Shown: positions 38,057 to 49,852, counted from the stretch's first letter. The stretch: DNA of 64,000 bases from Octopus bimaculoides (GCF_001194135.2 NC_068982.1:166221382-166285381); one strand, 5' to 3'. Made by a program: numbers and translations. The notes: a model not told the origin generated them from the letters alone.

Positions 38057-38278
38057 ATACAACTGTGAAATGGCACCAGCTGTAATATTTTCTCTCAGAA
38101 AAACTTCTCAGGGATTTTTGTGTTAAAAATACATCGAACTTCGAGCAAATCAGTTCGAAACTATCTCGAACGATCCACCGGCATTCTGAGCAAAGCTGTG
38201 TATTCTTAACACAAAAGTCTCTTTAAAAGTTTCTCTGACCCAAAATTTAAACCGCTGGTGTCATTCCACCGTTTGTAT
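38057..38278. mobile_element. Foldback MITE with about 85-bp imperfect inverted arms
   Basis: atacaactgtgaaatggcaccagctgtaat...tttttgtgttaaaaatacat versus the reverse complement of the right arm, atacaaacggtggaatgacaccagcggttt...cttttgtgttaagaatacac. Confidence 0.75.
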
Positions 38279-38574
38279 ACACGTTGTTATACAGAACGGT
38301 ATTTTAACCTACAACTGTTTCATGTACGTGTATTGATTTAATACATTTCTAATACATTTAGCGATAAATGGAATTATAATAGACCAAGACTTTCGTAAAT
38401 CTCCTAGAGGGTTTCATGTAACATACATTCACGCTTACTTCATGAACATTTACCAAAAGTAATAGCGAAGGAGATTACAAAAGGAAGCTACATTACACAT
38501 TTCCAGTGTTTAATGCAGAAAGAGCTGATTTCATATTCTTTTACTGGTTTCGTTTATCAGACTACAGCAACACT

Positions 38575-39157
38575 TGGGCACTGCCTTGAAGAGTTTTAGT
38601 CGAGCAAATTGACCCCTATAAGGTTATTCTTTTTGGGTTTTTCTTTATTTTTAATCTGACATAAACAAACTAGCAACGGATGTCAAGCGGTTGGTGAGTG
38701 ACACATTCACACACACATACACACGTCCACATCCCCGTATACACATACATACACATATATATGCACACACACACATATATATACACGCACACACGTATAT
38801 ACACATGCACACACGCGCATAGGCACACATCCGCATAGGCACACATACGCATACGCACACACAGGCATACGCACGTATATACACAAACACGTACATACAT
38901 ACATACATACATACATGCATGCATGCATACACATGCATACATACACGCATTTATACATACACACACATACATACATACATACATGCACACATACATGCAC
39001 ACATATATACACACACACACATACATACACACATACATACATACATGCGACAGGCTTTCACGCAGTTTCAGTAGAAGACACTTGCCCAAGGTGCCGTGCA
39101 GTGGAACTAAACACGAACACACGTGGTCATAACGCGAGTTTCTTAACCACACGCAGC
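38575..39157 (-). mobile_element. SINE family B copy with a greatly expanded internal microsatellite
   Basis: agtagaagacacttgcccaaggtgccgtgcagtgg (CORE part) and ttttagtcgagcaaattgacccc (3' part) flank a mixed (CA/TA/CATA)n tract of about 340 bp (38700-39045). Confidence 0.75.
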
Positions 39158-39197
39158 TGATCATGACAATATAACTTAAATATATCCAGTGTGCAGA

Positions 39198-39449
39198 GGC
39201 GCAATGGCCCAGTGGTTAGGGCAGCGGACACGCGGTCATAGGATCGTGGTTTCGATTCCCAGACCTGGCGTTGTGAGTGTTTATTGAGCGAAAACACCTA
39301 AAGCTCCACGAGGCTCCGGCAGGGGATGGTGGCGAACCCTGCTGTACTCTCTCACCACAACTTTCTCTTACTTCCTGTTTCTGTTGTGCCTGTAGTTCAA
39401 AGGGCCAGCCTTGTCACACTGTGTCACGCTGAATATCTCCGAGCACTAC
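39198..39449 (+). mobile_element. tRNA-derived SINE (family C), cut by an assembly gap
   Basis: A-box TGGCCCAGTGG (39205-39215) and B-box GGTTTCGATTCC (about 39248-39259), followed by a non-tRNA body. No paired acceptor stem. Confidence 0.7.
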
Positions 39450-39809
39450 NNNNNNNNNNNNNNNNNNNNNNNNNNNNNNNNNNNNNNNNNNNNNNNNNNN
39501 NNNNNNNNNNNNNNNNNNNNNNNNNNNNNNNNNNNNNNNNNNNNNNNNNNNNNNNNNNNNNNNNNNNNNNNNNNNNNNNNNNNNNNNNNNNNNNNNNNNN
39601 NNNNNNNNNNNNNNNNNNNNNNNNNNNNNNNNNNNNNNNNNNNNNNNNNNNNNNNNNNNNNNNNNNNNNNNNNNNNNNNNNNNNNNNNNNNNNNNNNNNN
39701 NNNNNNNNNNNNNNNNNNNNNNNNNNNNNNNNNNNNNNNNNNNNNNNNNNNNNNNNNNNNNNNNNNNNNNNNNNNNNNNNNNNNNNNNNNNNNNNNNNNN
39801 NNNNNNNNN
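39450..39809. other. Assembly gap (others at 41165-41440, 44130-44711, 49897-49979, 54870-54879)
   Basis: Runs of N, most flanked by simple repeats. Confidence 1.
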
Positions 39810-40839
39810 CTTCCGATCTGTGTGTGTAGGCGCGCGTGTGGATATGATCAACAGGTATTGTTCGGTGAAATAATGATGATAAAAGAGATATGGAACAGTA
39901 ATAAAATAATATCTCTATCTTTGGTTAACAGAAAAATATCTAGTTTTAGAAATATTAAAACTATGCGTGATACGAAAGTTGTTGTCTTTTGTTGTTTTAG
40001 TTTTTATTTTTCATCAGAGATTTTTCGATTGATAAATGTTTTGAAAGGAGAGAGAAAGCTAGGAATTTTAATGTTTATAAAGTGAGATTTACCTTCAAAT
40101 GAAGCATAGAAAAAAAAATTAAGCCTTCACAATAGAACAAAAAGAGATAGAGAAGATGACAGATCCTCCCTTTCTTTCCTTCTCTCTCCCCCTCTTCTTC
40201 TCTCTTTCCCTCTCTCTCTCTCTCTCTCTCTCCTTTTCTCCCCTCCCTCTTTAGAGAAATAGTAGAGATTGTATTTGAGAACGAGATAGCGACTGGGGAT
40301 TTTGGAAATGGTGCTTAGAGACTAAGATCTCGAAGTGTTAGAGAGAGAGAGTGAGGTACCTAATGTGTGTGTATGTGTGTGTGTTGGCGTTGTTTAGCTT
40401 CAGGTCAGCTTTGATCAAGCAGATCTATGGACAAAGCTTCTCAGTCGATGTATGTACCAGTGACACTTTCTTTTTCAAGATGCGTGGACGAGAGGTATTT
40501 GGGTGCCATTTCTAGCATGTCAAGCGACTACACAAAAACTCTCTCAACAAAGAGGTACAATGCATGAATAGAAATAAAACAGAGAGCAGGGTCTATGTAA
40601 CGTAGAAAGACGGGGTATAAAGTGAATGTAGATAGTAAAAATTATACGTGGAGTGAGAGAAAAACTGAGGAATGTGTAAATGAAATAAGCGTGGAAACGG
40701 GAAATTGGTGGCAGAGTGGAAGAAAGAATTTGATGTGGTGGTGGAAGAAGAAAAGTGGATGGAAAATGATAAAATGAGTGGATATGACTACAAAAGAAAC
40801 AACAAAAGACTCCTTCTGACATAGGTCTATCTCTTGCTT

Positions 40840-41037
40840 ACACGTCTCTCTCACTGTCTCTATCTCTCTCTCTCTCTCCCTTGCGCGCTTACACGTCCCT
40901 CCCTTGCTTTCTCTCTTTCTCTCTCTCTCTCTCTCTTGCACGCTTTTATGTTTCTCTCATGCGTGCTTACACGTCTCTCTAACACGTCTCTCTCTCATGC
41001 ACGCTAACAAGTCTCTCTTTCTCATGCGCACTAACAC

Positions 41038-41078
<41 letters not shown>

Positions 41079-42464
41079 ATGCGCGCTAACACGTCTCTCT
41101 CTCATGCGCGCTAACACGTCTCACTCTCTCTCTCATGCGCGCTAACACGTCTCTCTCTCTCTCANNNNNNNNNNNNNNNNNNNNNNNNNNNNNNNNNNNN
41201 NNNNNNNNNNNNNNNNNNNNNNNNNNNNNNNNNNNNNNNNNNNNNNNNNNNNNNNNNNNNNNNNNNNNNNNNNNNNNNNNNNNNNNNNNNNNNNNNNNNN
41301 NNNNNNNNNNNNNNNNNNNNNNNNNNNNNNNNNNNNNNNNNNNNNNNNNNNNNNNNNNNNNNNNNNNNNNNNNNNNNNNNNNNNNNNNNNNNNNNNNNNN
41401 NNNNNNNNNNNNNNNNNNNNNNNNNNNNNNNNNNNNNNNNCTCTCTCTCTCTCTCTCTCTCTCTCTCATGCGCGCTAACACGTCTCTCTCTCATGCGCGC
41501 TAACACGTCTCACTCTCTCTCTCATGCGCGCTAACACGTCTCTCTCTCTCTCATGCGCGCTTACACGTCTCTCTCTCTCATGCGCGCTTACACGTCTCTC
41601 TCTCTCGCTCTCTCTCTCTCTCGCTCTCTCTCTCTCTCGCTCGCTCGCTCTCTCTCTCTCCCTCTCTCTCTCTAATGCGCGCTAACATGTCTCTCTCTCT
41701 TTCGCATGCGCGTTTACACGTCTCTCTCCCTCTCTCGTACACCACCTCCTCTCCCATGGCGTGCAAATATGGAGAAGTTGCAATGAAAATGTGGAAGTAA
41801 AAAAATGTAGAGGTCAAATAATAAAATAAGTAAATATAAATACGAGAAAGATAAGGACTCGTTCTGACATCTCTCTTTGTCTCGCTCACACGTCTCCCTC
41901 TTTTCTCTCTCTTTCTCTCTCTCTCATGCGCTCTTACACGTTTCTTTTTATCTCTCACATGTTCGCTTACACGTCTCTTTCTCTCTCTCTCCTTTGCACA
42001 CCTACACGTCTCTCTCTTTCTCCTTTGCACGCTTATACGTCTCTGTCTCTCTCGCCCTTGCACGCTTATACGTCTCTGTCTTCCTCTTCCTTGCACGGTT
42101 AGACGTCTCCTTCTCCCTTGCGCGCTTACACGTCTCTCTCTCTCTCTCTCACTCTCTGTCTTGAACGCTTACACATCTTCTTTCTCTCTCTCTCTCTCTC
42201 TCTCGCACTCACACTTCTCTCTTACTCTTGCTTATATGTCTCTCTCCCTCCCTCTCTCTTACACGTCTCTCTCTCGTACATCCCACTCTTGCGCGCTTAC
42301 ACATCTCTCTTTCACTTTTGCGCGCGCTTACGTCTCTCACTCTCGCTCTTGCGCCCACATACATGTCTTTCTCTCTTACTCTTGCACGCACTTGCACGTC
42401 TTTCTTACTCATGCGCGCGCTCACATATCTCTCTCTTTCTCTCTCTCACGCACGCACTTAAACG

Positions 42465-42497
<33 letters not shown>

Positions 42498-42640
42498 TTC
42501 TGTCTCTCCCGCTCGTGTGCACGCACTTAAACGTCTCTCTCTCTCTCGCTGATTCTCTGTCTCTCCCGCTCGTGTGCACGCACTTAAATGTCTCTCTTCT
42601 CTGTTGTTGATCCACTCGCGTTCCCTTTCTCTCATTCACT
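40840..42640. repeat. Satellite: 17-bp core CATGCGCGCTAACACGT separated by (CT)n spacers
   Basis: Near-perfect units at 41078, 41103, 41134, 41467, 41492, 41523, 41552 and 41579 (periods 25-31 bp). Degenerate units extend on both sides. Confidence 0.9.
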
Positions 42641-42732
42641 TGCACGTCTCCCCCGCTCTCTTACTCTCTCGCTAATTCACTCGCTCACACACTTCTCTCT
42701 CTCTTTCTCTCACTCATTCACTCGCTTTCACA

Positions 42733-42781
<49 letters not shown>

Positions 42782-43045
42782 CATTCACTCACACATTTTT
42801 CTCTTTCTCCCTTCCTCTTTCTCCTTTTTTCTCCCCCCTCTCTCCATGTTTTCTTCCTCTCTCCCCTCACTCCCTCTCTACCCTCTCTCCCTCTCTACCC
42901 TCTCTCTCACTCTGTCCCTCCCTCTACCCTCTCTCTCTCTCTCTTCGTTCACTCTGCTCTTCAGTTTCATACTTAATCTTTCTCTTCGATCCTCCATTCG
43001 TTTTCTCCTATCTTATTACCTCACAAACTCTTTCGTTAATTCTTA

Positions 43046-43749
43046 GCGACGGAAGCAGTATTGATTTCACAAGGTAATCTTTATATTCAACTTAACATGG
43101 ATGTCTTGTTAGAAAACCGAATACTACCTCAACGGCCTTGAAAGATCCTTTCATATCAGCGTTTGATGCATAAAAGTACTCACAAAGATTGTAGCAGCCG
43201 ATAATTGTCTGTTATTGGTGCCGGAACCCCTATCACGTGATTTCATTCTACAGGAAATTATCGGTGTGAGGCGTCCAGCCACCACATGCCAGTCACATTT
43301 CGCTGCTACAATATATATAGAATATCAGCATTTTTTCAGAGACTGATGACGCGAGAAGCCAGCAGGGTTATAAGGTATTGGCCACGGAAGCCGTATTAAA
43401 ACAATAAGGTAATCTATATATCCATCGATCTCATATTAGAACACCGAATACTGCGTTATTAGCCGAGAGAGCACACACATAGACTGTGGCAGATTAGCAT
43501 AAAAGCACACACAGAATGTGACAGACGAGAATCGTCAGTCATGAACTCCAGAATACCCATATCACGGGATTTCTTTCTACTATCGTAGCAGCGAGATTTG
43601 ACTAACATATCTGATTTCCAGTAGAAAGAAATCACGTGATATGGGAGCTCCGGCACCCATGACAGACGATTCTCGTCTGTTATGATCTGTGTTTGTTTTT
43701 ATGCCCCAAGCGCTTATATGAGAGGATCTTTCAAAGCTAATAACGCAGT
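43046..43749. repeat. Composite repeat: 335-bp-period direct duplication whose second unit contains a 300-bp foldback
   Basis: gcgacggaagcagtatt..aaggtaatct (43046) versus gccacggaagccgtatt..aaggtaatct (43381). Inverted pairs: actgcgttattagc 43450-43463 / gctaataacgcagt 43736-43749, acagacgagaatcgtc / gacgattctcgtctgt, cccatatcacg / cgtgatatggg. Confidence 0.75.
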
Positions 43750-43819
43750 GTGCTTTTATCCTCAAGTTCTATTTCGAACTTGCACATAATATATAGACAC
43801 TTTGCTTTCATTACAACAC

Positions 43820-44129
43820 CAGCTTCTCCCTCCCTCTCTCTCTCACTCTCTCTCCCTCTCTCACTTCCTGTTTCACTCTCTCACTCCCTGTCTCTCTCTC
43901 TCTCTCCTCTCACTCTCTGCCTCTCTCTCACTCCTTGTCCCACTCCCTGACTCTCTCTCTCTCTCTCACTCCCTGACTCTCTCTCTCAGTCCTATCTTTC
44001 TCTCTCTCCCTCTCCCTTTCACACTCATCTCCCTCTCATCTCTCTCCCTCTCATCTCTCTCCCTCCCATCTCCCTCTCCCCCATCTCCCTCTCCCCCATC
44101 TCCCTCTCCCCCATCTCCCTCTCCCCCAT
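43820..44129. repeat. CT-rich tract ending in a 15-bp tandem repeat (ccatctccctctccc)n
   Basis: Direct reading. It runs into the N-gap. Confidence 0.9.
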
Positions 44130-44711
44130 NNNNNNNNNNNNNNNNNNNNNNNNNNNNNNNNNNNNNNNNNNNNNNNNNNNNNNNNNNNNNNNNNNNNNNN
44201 NNNNNNNNNNNNNNNNNNNNNNNNNNNNNNNNNNNNNNNNNNNNNNNNNNNNNNNNNNNNNNNNNNNNNNNNNNNNNNNNNNNNNNNNNNNNNNNNNNNN
44301 NNNNNNNNNNNNNNNNNNNNNNNNNNNNNNNNNNNNNNNNNNNNNNNNNNNNNNNNNNNNNNNNNNNNNNNNNNNNNNNNNNNNNNNNNNNNNNNNNNNN
44401 NNNNNNNNNNNNNNNNNNNNNNNNNNNNNNNNNNNNNNNNNNNNNNNNNNNNNNNNNNNNNNNNNNNNNNNNNNNNNNNNNNNNNNNNNNNNNNNNNNNN
44501 NNNNNNNNNNNNNNNNNNNNNNNNNNNNNNNNNNNNNNNNNNNNNNNNNNNNNNNNNNNNNNNNNNNNNNNNNNNNNNNNNNNNNNNNNNNNNNNNNNNN
44601 NNNNNNNNNNNNNNNNNNNNNNNNNNNNNNNNNNNNNNNNNNNNNNNNNNNNNNNNNNNNNNNNNNNNNNNNNNNNNNNNNNNNNNNNNNNNNNNNNNNN
44701 NNNNNNNNNNN

Positions 44712-44754
<43 letters not shown>

Positions 44755-46034
44755 TGGGGGTAGCTGCGGTGCGTGAATGTTGGAACAGTATGAAAACTGG
44801 TGTTATGTAATTGAGTTAGAGATAATGAAAAGTGACATTGGCTATAGAATGATGAGGGAAGGGTCAAAAAAAGTTGGGCTGTAGTGTTTGAAAGTTGGAA
44901 AGTGAGAGAAAGGAAATCTAAGGTTAAGATAATAAAGCCAGTGAAATTCAATACGGAGTGAGAAAATGCCTGGAAGACGTAAAGATTTGATAGAAATTTC
45001 TTTTGTTGATTTTTGACAATTTTATTTCAGGCCATCCATGTTTAGAGCAAAAATAGTATTTTGATTTGGATTTAATTTGTATCATTACCCAAATTCATCC
45101 TTACCAATGACTTCTCGAAATAATTTGGGGTTTTTTTTCCTCTTTTTTTTTTTGCATATTTTCGACGACATATTTTTCTTTATAAATATTCTGATTATCA
45201 ATACAGCTATGAATTACAAAACGATTTGCTAAGAGAAGCAGCAAGTATTACATCGGTCAGATACTTGACTGAGTTTCATATGCAAATTACTACTTGTCTA
45301 CTAAGCACTTACACTTCTAGGACATAAATTTTGGCTCCATGCTATGTAGCTTAGCCTGACATTTTTTTGCACTCCCTGAAAACCTTGCCAATATAGTAAT
45401 CAAAAATCTCTAATCATATAGATTTGAACAATGGCATACAGCTAGGTCTCGGTTATTCAAACGTGACCAGAGGGGAATATTTTGCTCTGAAAAATGATTG
45501 CTTGAATAACTGATCTGAACTTAAAAAAGGAAGAAGCCATGCTGATCATAATTACATGAAAACAAAACATGCTTAGAGATACTGTGTCGTTCATTCGATA
45601 AAAGGTCGTGCTCTTCGGTAATTTTCAATACCTTTTTCACCATGATCCAGATACTTCAAATTCTCATCCTTCTGTTCGATTGTCAGTGCTGTTGGCTTTA
45701 TCTTCATGGGCATAACCATAGCAACAAACTCATCTAATTGTAAGGTATGAATTTGAAACAAAGTCGTAGAGTGGATGGAGACACTGCTGATTTTTATCAT
45801 GTTTTTAAAATTTATTGCGTCAGTTTTATGCAGTAAAATTGTTTTAACATAATTTAAAGTGACCGACTGAGATCAAACTAGTGGACTGATTGTAGGTATC
45901 ATTTCCTTAATATATAAATATATACAAATACGCTCATTATATTAGGAGATGTATATATAAACGTAGGTATCATATTTTGCCTCAGAGAAACTTCTCTAAA
46001 GTTTTTGAGTGTTTGTGCATATATATATACCGTC

Positions 46035-46428
46035 TCTTTTACTCTTTTACTTGTTTCAGTCATTTGACTGAGGCCATGGAGCACCGCCTTTAGTCGAGAA
46101 AATCGACCCAGGACTTATTCTTTGGATGCCTAGTATTTATTCTATCGGTCTTTTTTGCCGAACCGCTAAGTTACGGGGACGTAAACACACCAGCATCGGT
46201 GGGGGGGGGGACAAACACAGACACACAAACACACACACATATATATATATATACATATACATATACATGACCGGCTTCTTTCAGTTTCCGTCTACCAAAT
46301 CCACTCACAAGGCTTTGGTCGGCCCGAGGCTATAGTAGAAGACACTTGCCCAAGGTGCCACGCAGTGGGATTGAACCCGGAACCATGTGGTTGGTAAGCA
46401 AGCTACTTACCACACAGCCACTCCTGCG

Positions 46429-46431
<3 letters not shown>
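46035..46431 (-). mobile_element. SINE family B copy (well preserved)
   Basis: Reverse complement of 23380-23800, including head aggcgcaggagtggctgtgtggtaag, CORE-like part, internal microsatellite and 3' part. Confidence 0.9.
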
Positions 46432-46471
<40 letters not shown>

Positions 46472-46591
46472 ATTATTATTATTATTAATGACTTATAGGG
46501 GCGCAGTATGCAAACAATATACTATGAAGTATACTAAACGTTTTTATAAGTTAATACCGTGTTCTACAGTGTTAGTAGTGCGATTTACATC

Positions 46592-47177
46592 ACTTGTTAG
46601 GATTATCTCTACAAATATTCTGTAGAAATTATAACCACCACCGATTTTTGTTATGACGTTTCGTATCTGAGATGTCAGATGTAAACAAACAATGAGATTG
46701 AAGATGAGCTTACATGCCATCTTTTAGGAGTTTTTGCCCCTTCATCGGCATCCATCTAACTCCTTAATCTTCTACGAACACATTGCGTAAATAGCCACGA
46801 AATACAGCGGTGTAACGTTACTGGATATACCAATTTTACATATTACATAACGAAATACCGCGTCCCTACAAGTCATATTTACGTAGCGGCTTCCAGGAAT
46901 GTGTTTAATATGTAAAATTAGTATATCAAATAACATTACACTGCTGAATTTAGTGGCTATTTAAGCAATGTTTTCGTGGATGATTAAGGGGTTAAATGGG
47001 CGCTGATGAAGGAGCAAAAACTCATGAAATATGGCCTATACGCTCATTACTCATTTTTGTTTTATCTTCGGTCTCATTGCCTGTTTACATCTGACGTCTC
47101 GGATACGAAGCGTTGTAAGAAAAATCATTACTGGCTATAATTTCTATAGAATACCTGTAGAGATAACCCTAACAAGT
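46592..47177. mobile_element. Foldback element (arms 46592-46845 and 46906-47177, 60-bp spacer) carrying a hammerhead motif in each arm
   Basis: The arms align as reverse complements from acttgttagg.../...cctaacaagt to aattttacatatta/taatatgtaaaatt. A 50-nt sample shows 9 mismatches, all transitions. Confidence 0.85.
46995..47048 (+). ncRNA. Type I hammerhead ribozyme motif
   Basis: Stem I aatgggcg (46995-47002) / cgctcatt (47041-47048), 8 bp with one G-U. Core CTGATGA 47003-47009. Stem II aggag/ctcat (4 of 5 pairs). GAAA 47026-47029. Short stem III around a ggcc palindrome. AUA triplet, predicted cut after 47040. Confidence 0.65.
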
Positions 47178-47250
47178 AAAATCTAATATGTCTCTCGTTG
47201 AGAGATTTAGAAATAATGTTTCTAGTGCTTGTGTGTCACTTTGAAAACTA

Positions 47251-47397
47251 TATATTTTCGAACGGAGATTTTAGCAGCGCCACCCTCAGCCGAGTGATTA
47301 TTCTGTACCGAGGAAAGGAAATAACCCTGAAACCGCGGTCCACAGATATTGCTTTGTGCTGGGGTGGGGATGCTAAACTCCCCTGTTCGAAAATATA
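47251..47397. mobile_element. 147-bp MITE with about 40-bp TIRs
   Basis: tatattttcgaacggagattttagcagcgccaccctcagc versus reverse complement tatattttcgaacaggggagtttagcatccccaccccagc. TA termini. Confidence 0.75.
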
Positions 47398-48439
47398 AAG
47401 ACACAGATTTTGTGTCTTATAGCCAGCTTGAGACGATGTTTCCTTGGGCTAAACAACAGTAGCATTCATCCCAACCGGGACTGCCATATTATATTGGGAA
47501 ATAATCTTTACTTATATGAGAAAGAGAGGGAGAGAAAGTATATATCTTAATTTAACATTATGACAAGTGCTTTTATTAATTCAAGTTATTGGAGGTCAGT
47601 AACCGAGGTTTGGCTGTATTTAGCAAGGATTTTCCTTCCCTTTCAACTAAGTATTCGAAAAAGATCTTTCCTACGTGCTTTTAATAAGATTGCTGCATCA
47701 GACATCACGTCTTATTTTCAAAATATCTCTTTTCTAAATTTATTTCTAAACGAATAACTTCAAAATAATTACTTTTCTGAACTTTTCGGTTTTGTTAAGG
47801 AGAATTCCGTGCTGGCAATTTATTATCCGATGATTCGAAAACTCGTGACGTAAACAATAAGTATTCTTTTAACCATATTTATGAGAATTATTTTGATAGA
47901 TGAGTGATGTGTACGTGAGTTCATCATGGTGTTGAATCGTGTGTTTTACACGCTATTCTTTCATCAATTATCTTATGTTTGCTATAAACAGAATAACAGT
48001 GTTATTTTAAAAGATTTCAAATCAACAAACTAAAAGAAACGAAAATTCAATTTTACGTAATTAGTCACATTGCATTTGTTTTCGTATTTTACTTATCTGA
48101 TATGATCGATGACTTTCACTTTTCTTTTAAATAATGGCGTCCATGCATCAATCATGCCAATATGTTAACTAATGTTTTTAGGCATTGTTTGTAGTAAGTC
48201 AAATTTATCGATTTATTTTCCTTAAGTGTAAGAGAATGTAACTGGAGTCAGTTTGCATAAATCAAACATTAAATGAATTGGAAATGTCCTATAACTTCTA
48301 ATGAGCCGTCTTACCTTGACCTATGACGTCATCATTGTGTAATGTGCCAATCGCAAGTCTGCATAGTCAGAAACTCACTCTCCTGCTCACTAACTTCACT
48401 CAAAAATCGCAGCACACAAAGAAAGTTAAATACAACTTG

Positions 48440-49852
48440 ACTATCGAATAAGATTTTCAAACTGATATTGCTCCTTTAGCATCAATTACCGCTTTTATAC
48501 GGTTAGGCATTGAATCAACTAGTTTCTTGCAGGTGCTAGGCGCAATTTTACTCCATTCTTCTCTCAACTGTTGGTACAATTGCTCTTTAATTGTAGTGTT
48601 CCTGATAGCTTCACCAAAAGTTTCCCATAGGTGTTCGATCAGATTTAGATCGGGACATTGAGTTGGCCCGTCCATGGGAACAATAATTTGTGTCGCAAAC
48701 CATTGACGAGTATTCATTGCTGTATGACATGGAGCGTTGTCCTGTTGAAAGATAAACTGTTTTCTGACACTCCTGGATCCAATTTAGCATTTGATGGCTC
48801 TAAAATATTTGATAACATAGAAATTTAGGTGCTGAAATCATCTTTACCCGATATAAAAACATTTATCTGGGTCCTGTGGCAGACATGCAGGTCCACACCA
48901 TGATTTAACCGCCCCATGTTTCAGGTTGGTACCAGACATTCAGCCTTAAATGCTTCCCCAACTCTGCGACGCACGAAAGTTGCACCAGATGTGCCGAAAA
49001 CCTGAGTAAAAACATGAAAAATAATATTAGCCTTATGCTGGATGTTTTTTTATATATTTGGGGCAACAAACCAGTTACATTAAGTTTATATGTTAATCGA
49101 ATACATGTACTATCTTACTTCATAGTTACTTTCATCAGACCATATGACTTTCAACCATTGCTCACTGGTCCAATTTGAGTAGTTTCTGGCCCACTGAAGA
49201 CGTTTTTCCATATTCGCTTCAGAAACCCATGGCTTCTTCAGACCGTACTGTACAAGCCTTCTTCTAACAATTCTGGTTGATATTTGTGAAGTCCTTGCCT
49301 CGTTGAAGTCCGCACAGAGCTCCGATGTTTTTCTCCTGTTTCTGAGCGACTGACGGATGATGTATCTGTCATCACGAGGTGATCTAACCTGTTTTCTATC
49401 TGCTTTTTGTATTGTCATCACACCTTTTGTCTCTCTGAAGGGCTTGAGAGTTGTTTGCGCCGCACATGGAGAACATTTCATCTTCTGAGCAATTTGCCTT
49501 TGAGACATTCCATCTTCATGATGAGCTACGATCTGACCTCGCTCACACTCACTCAACTCCCTTGTTTTAGGCATTTTACTGTTTATTAACTGTACTACAA
49601 TGTATTTTAGCATAAAACTCTGAAATAATCAAGGAAACATAAGTTAATTTTAGACGTTGGTCTTACTCATAATTGGTTGCATATGTCCAGTACATTATAA
49701 AAGTGGTAAATGATGCTAAAGGAGGGTCAACCAGATATTAAAACTAATGTATATTGTGAAATATACCATAATCTACCATGTACACGAGTTTCATTAACAT
49801 TGAGATAGCAGAACCCCAAAACATTGGGGTGACCTAATAATTTTGGCTAAGA

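Noticed and set aside
38651-39164. Overlapping Cys/Val/Tyr/His-rich ORFs in the track
   Set aside because: Translations of a (CA/TA)n microsatellite inside a SINE.
39198-39270. Functional tRNA gene
   Set aside because: A and B boxes are present, but the acceptor stem does not pair and the sequence continues into a SINE body.
41078-41600. Regularly spaced conserved repeat resembling a CRISPR array
   Set aside because: The spacers are only (CT)n rather than unique sequences, there are no cas genes, and the context is eukaryotic.
40544-44951. Long Ser/Leu- or Arg/Glu-rich ORFs
   Set aside because: Products of (CT)n tracts, the satellite and N-gaps, with no coding signal.
48324-48351. CRE palindrome plus CCAAT
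   Set aside because: Only two short motifs at the eroded end of a Tc1 element, expected by chance in 64 kb.
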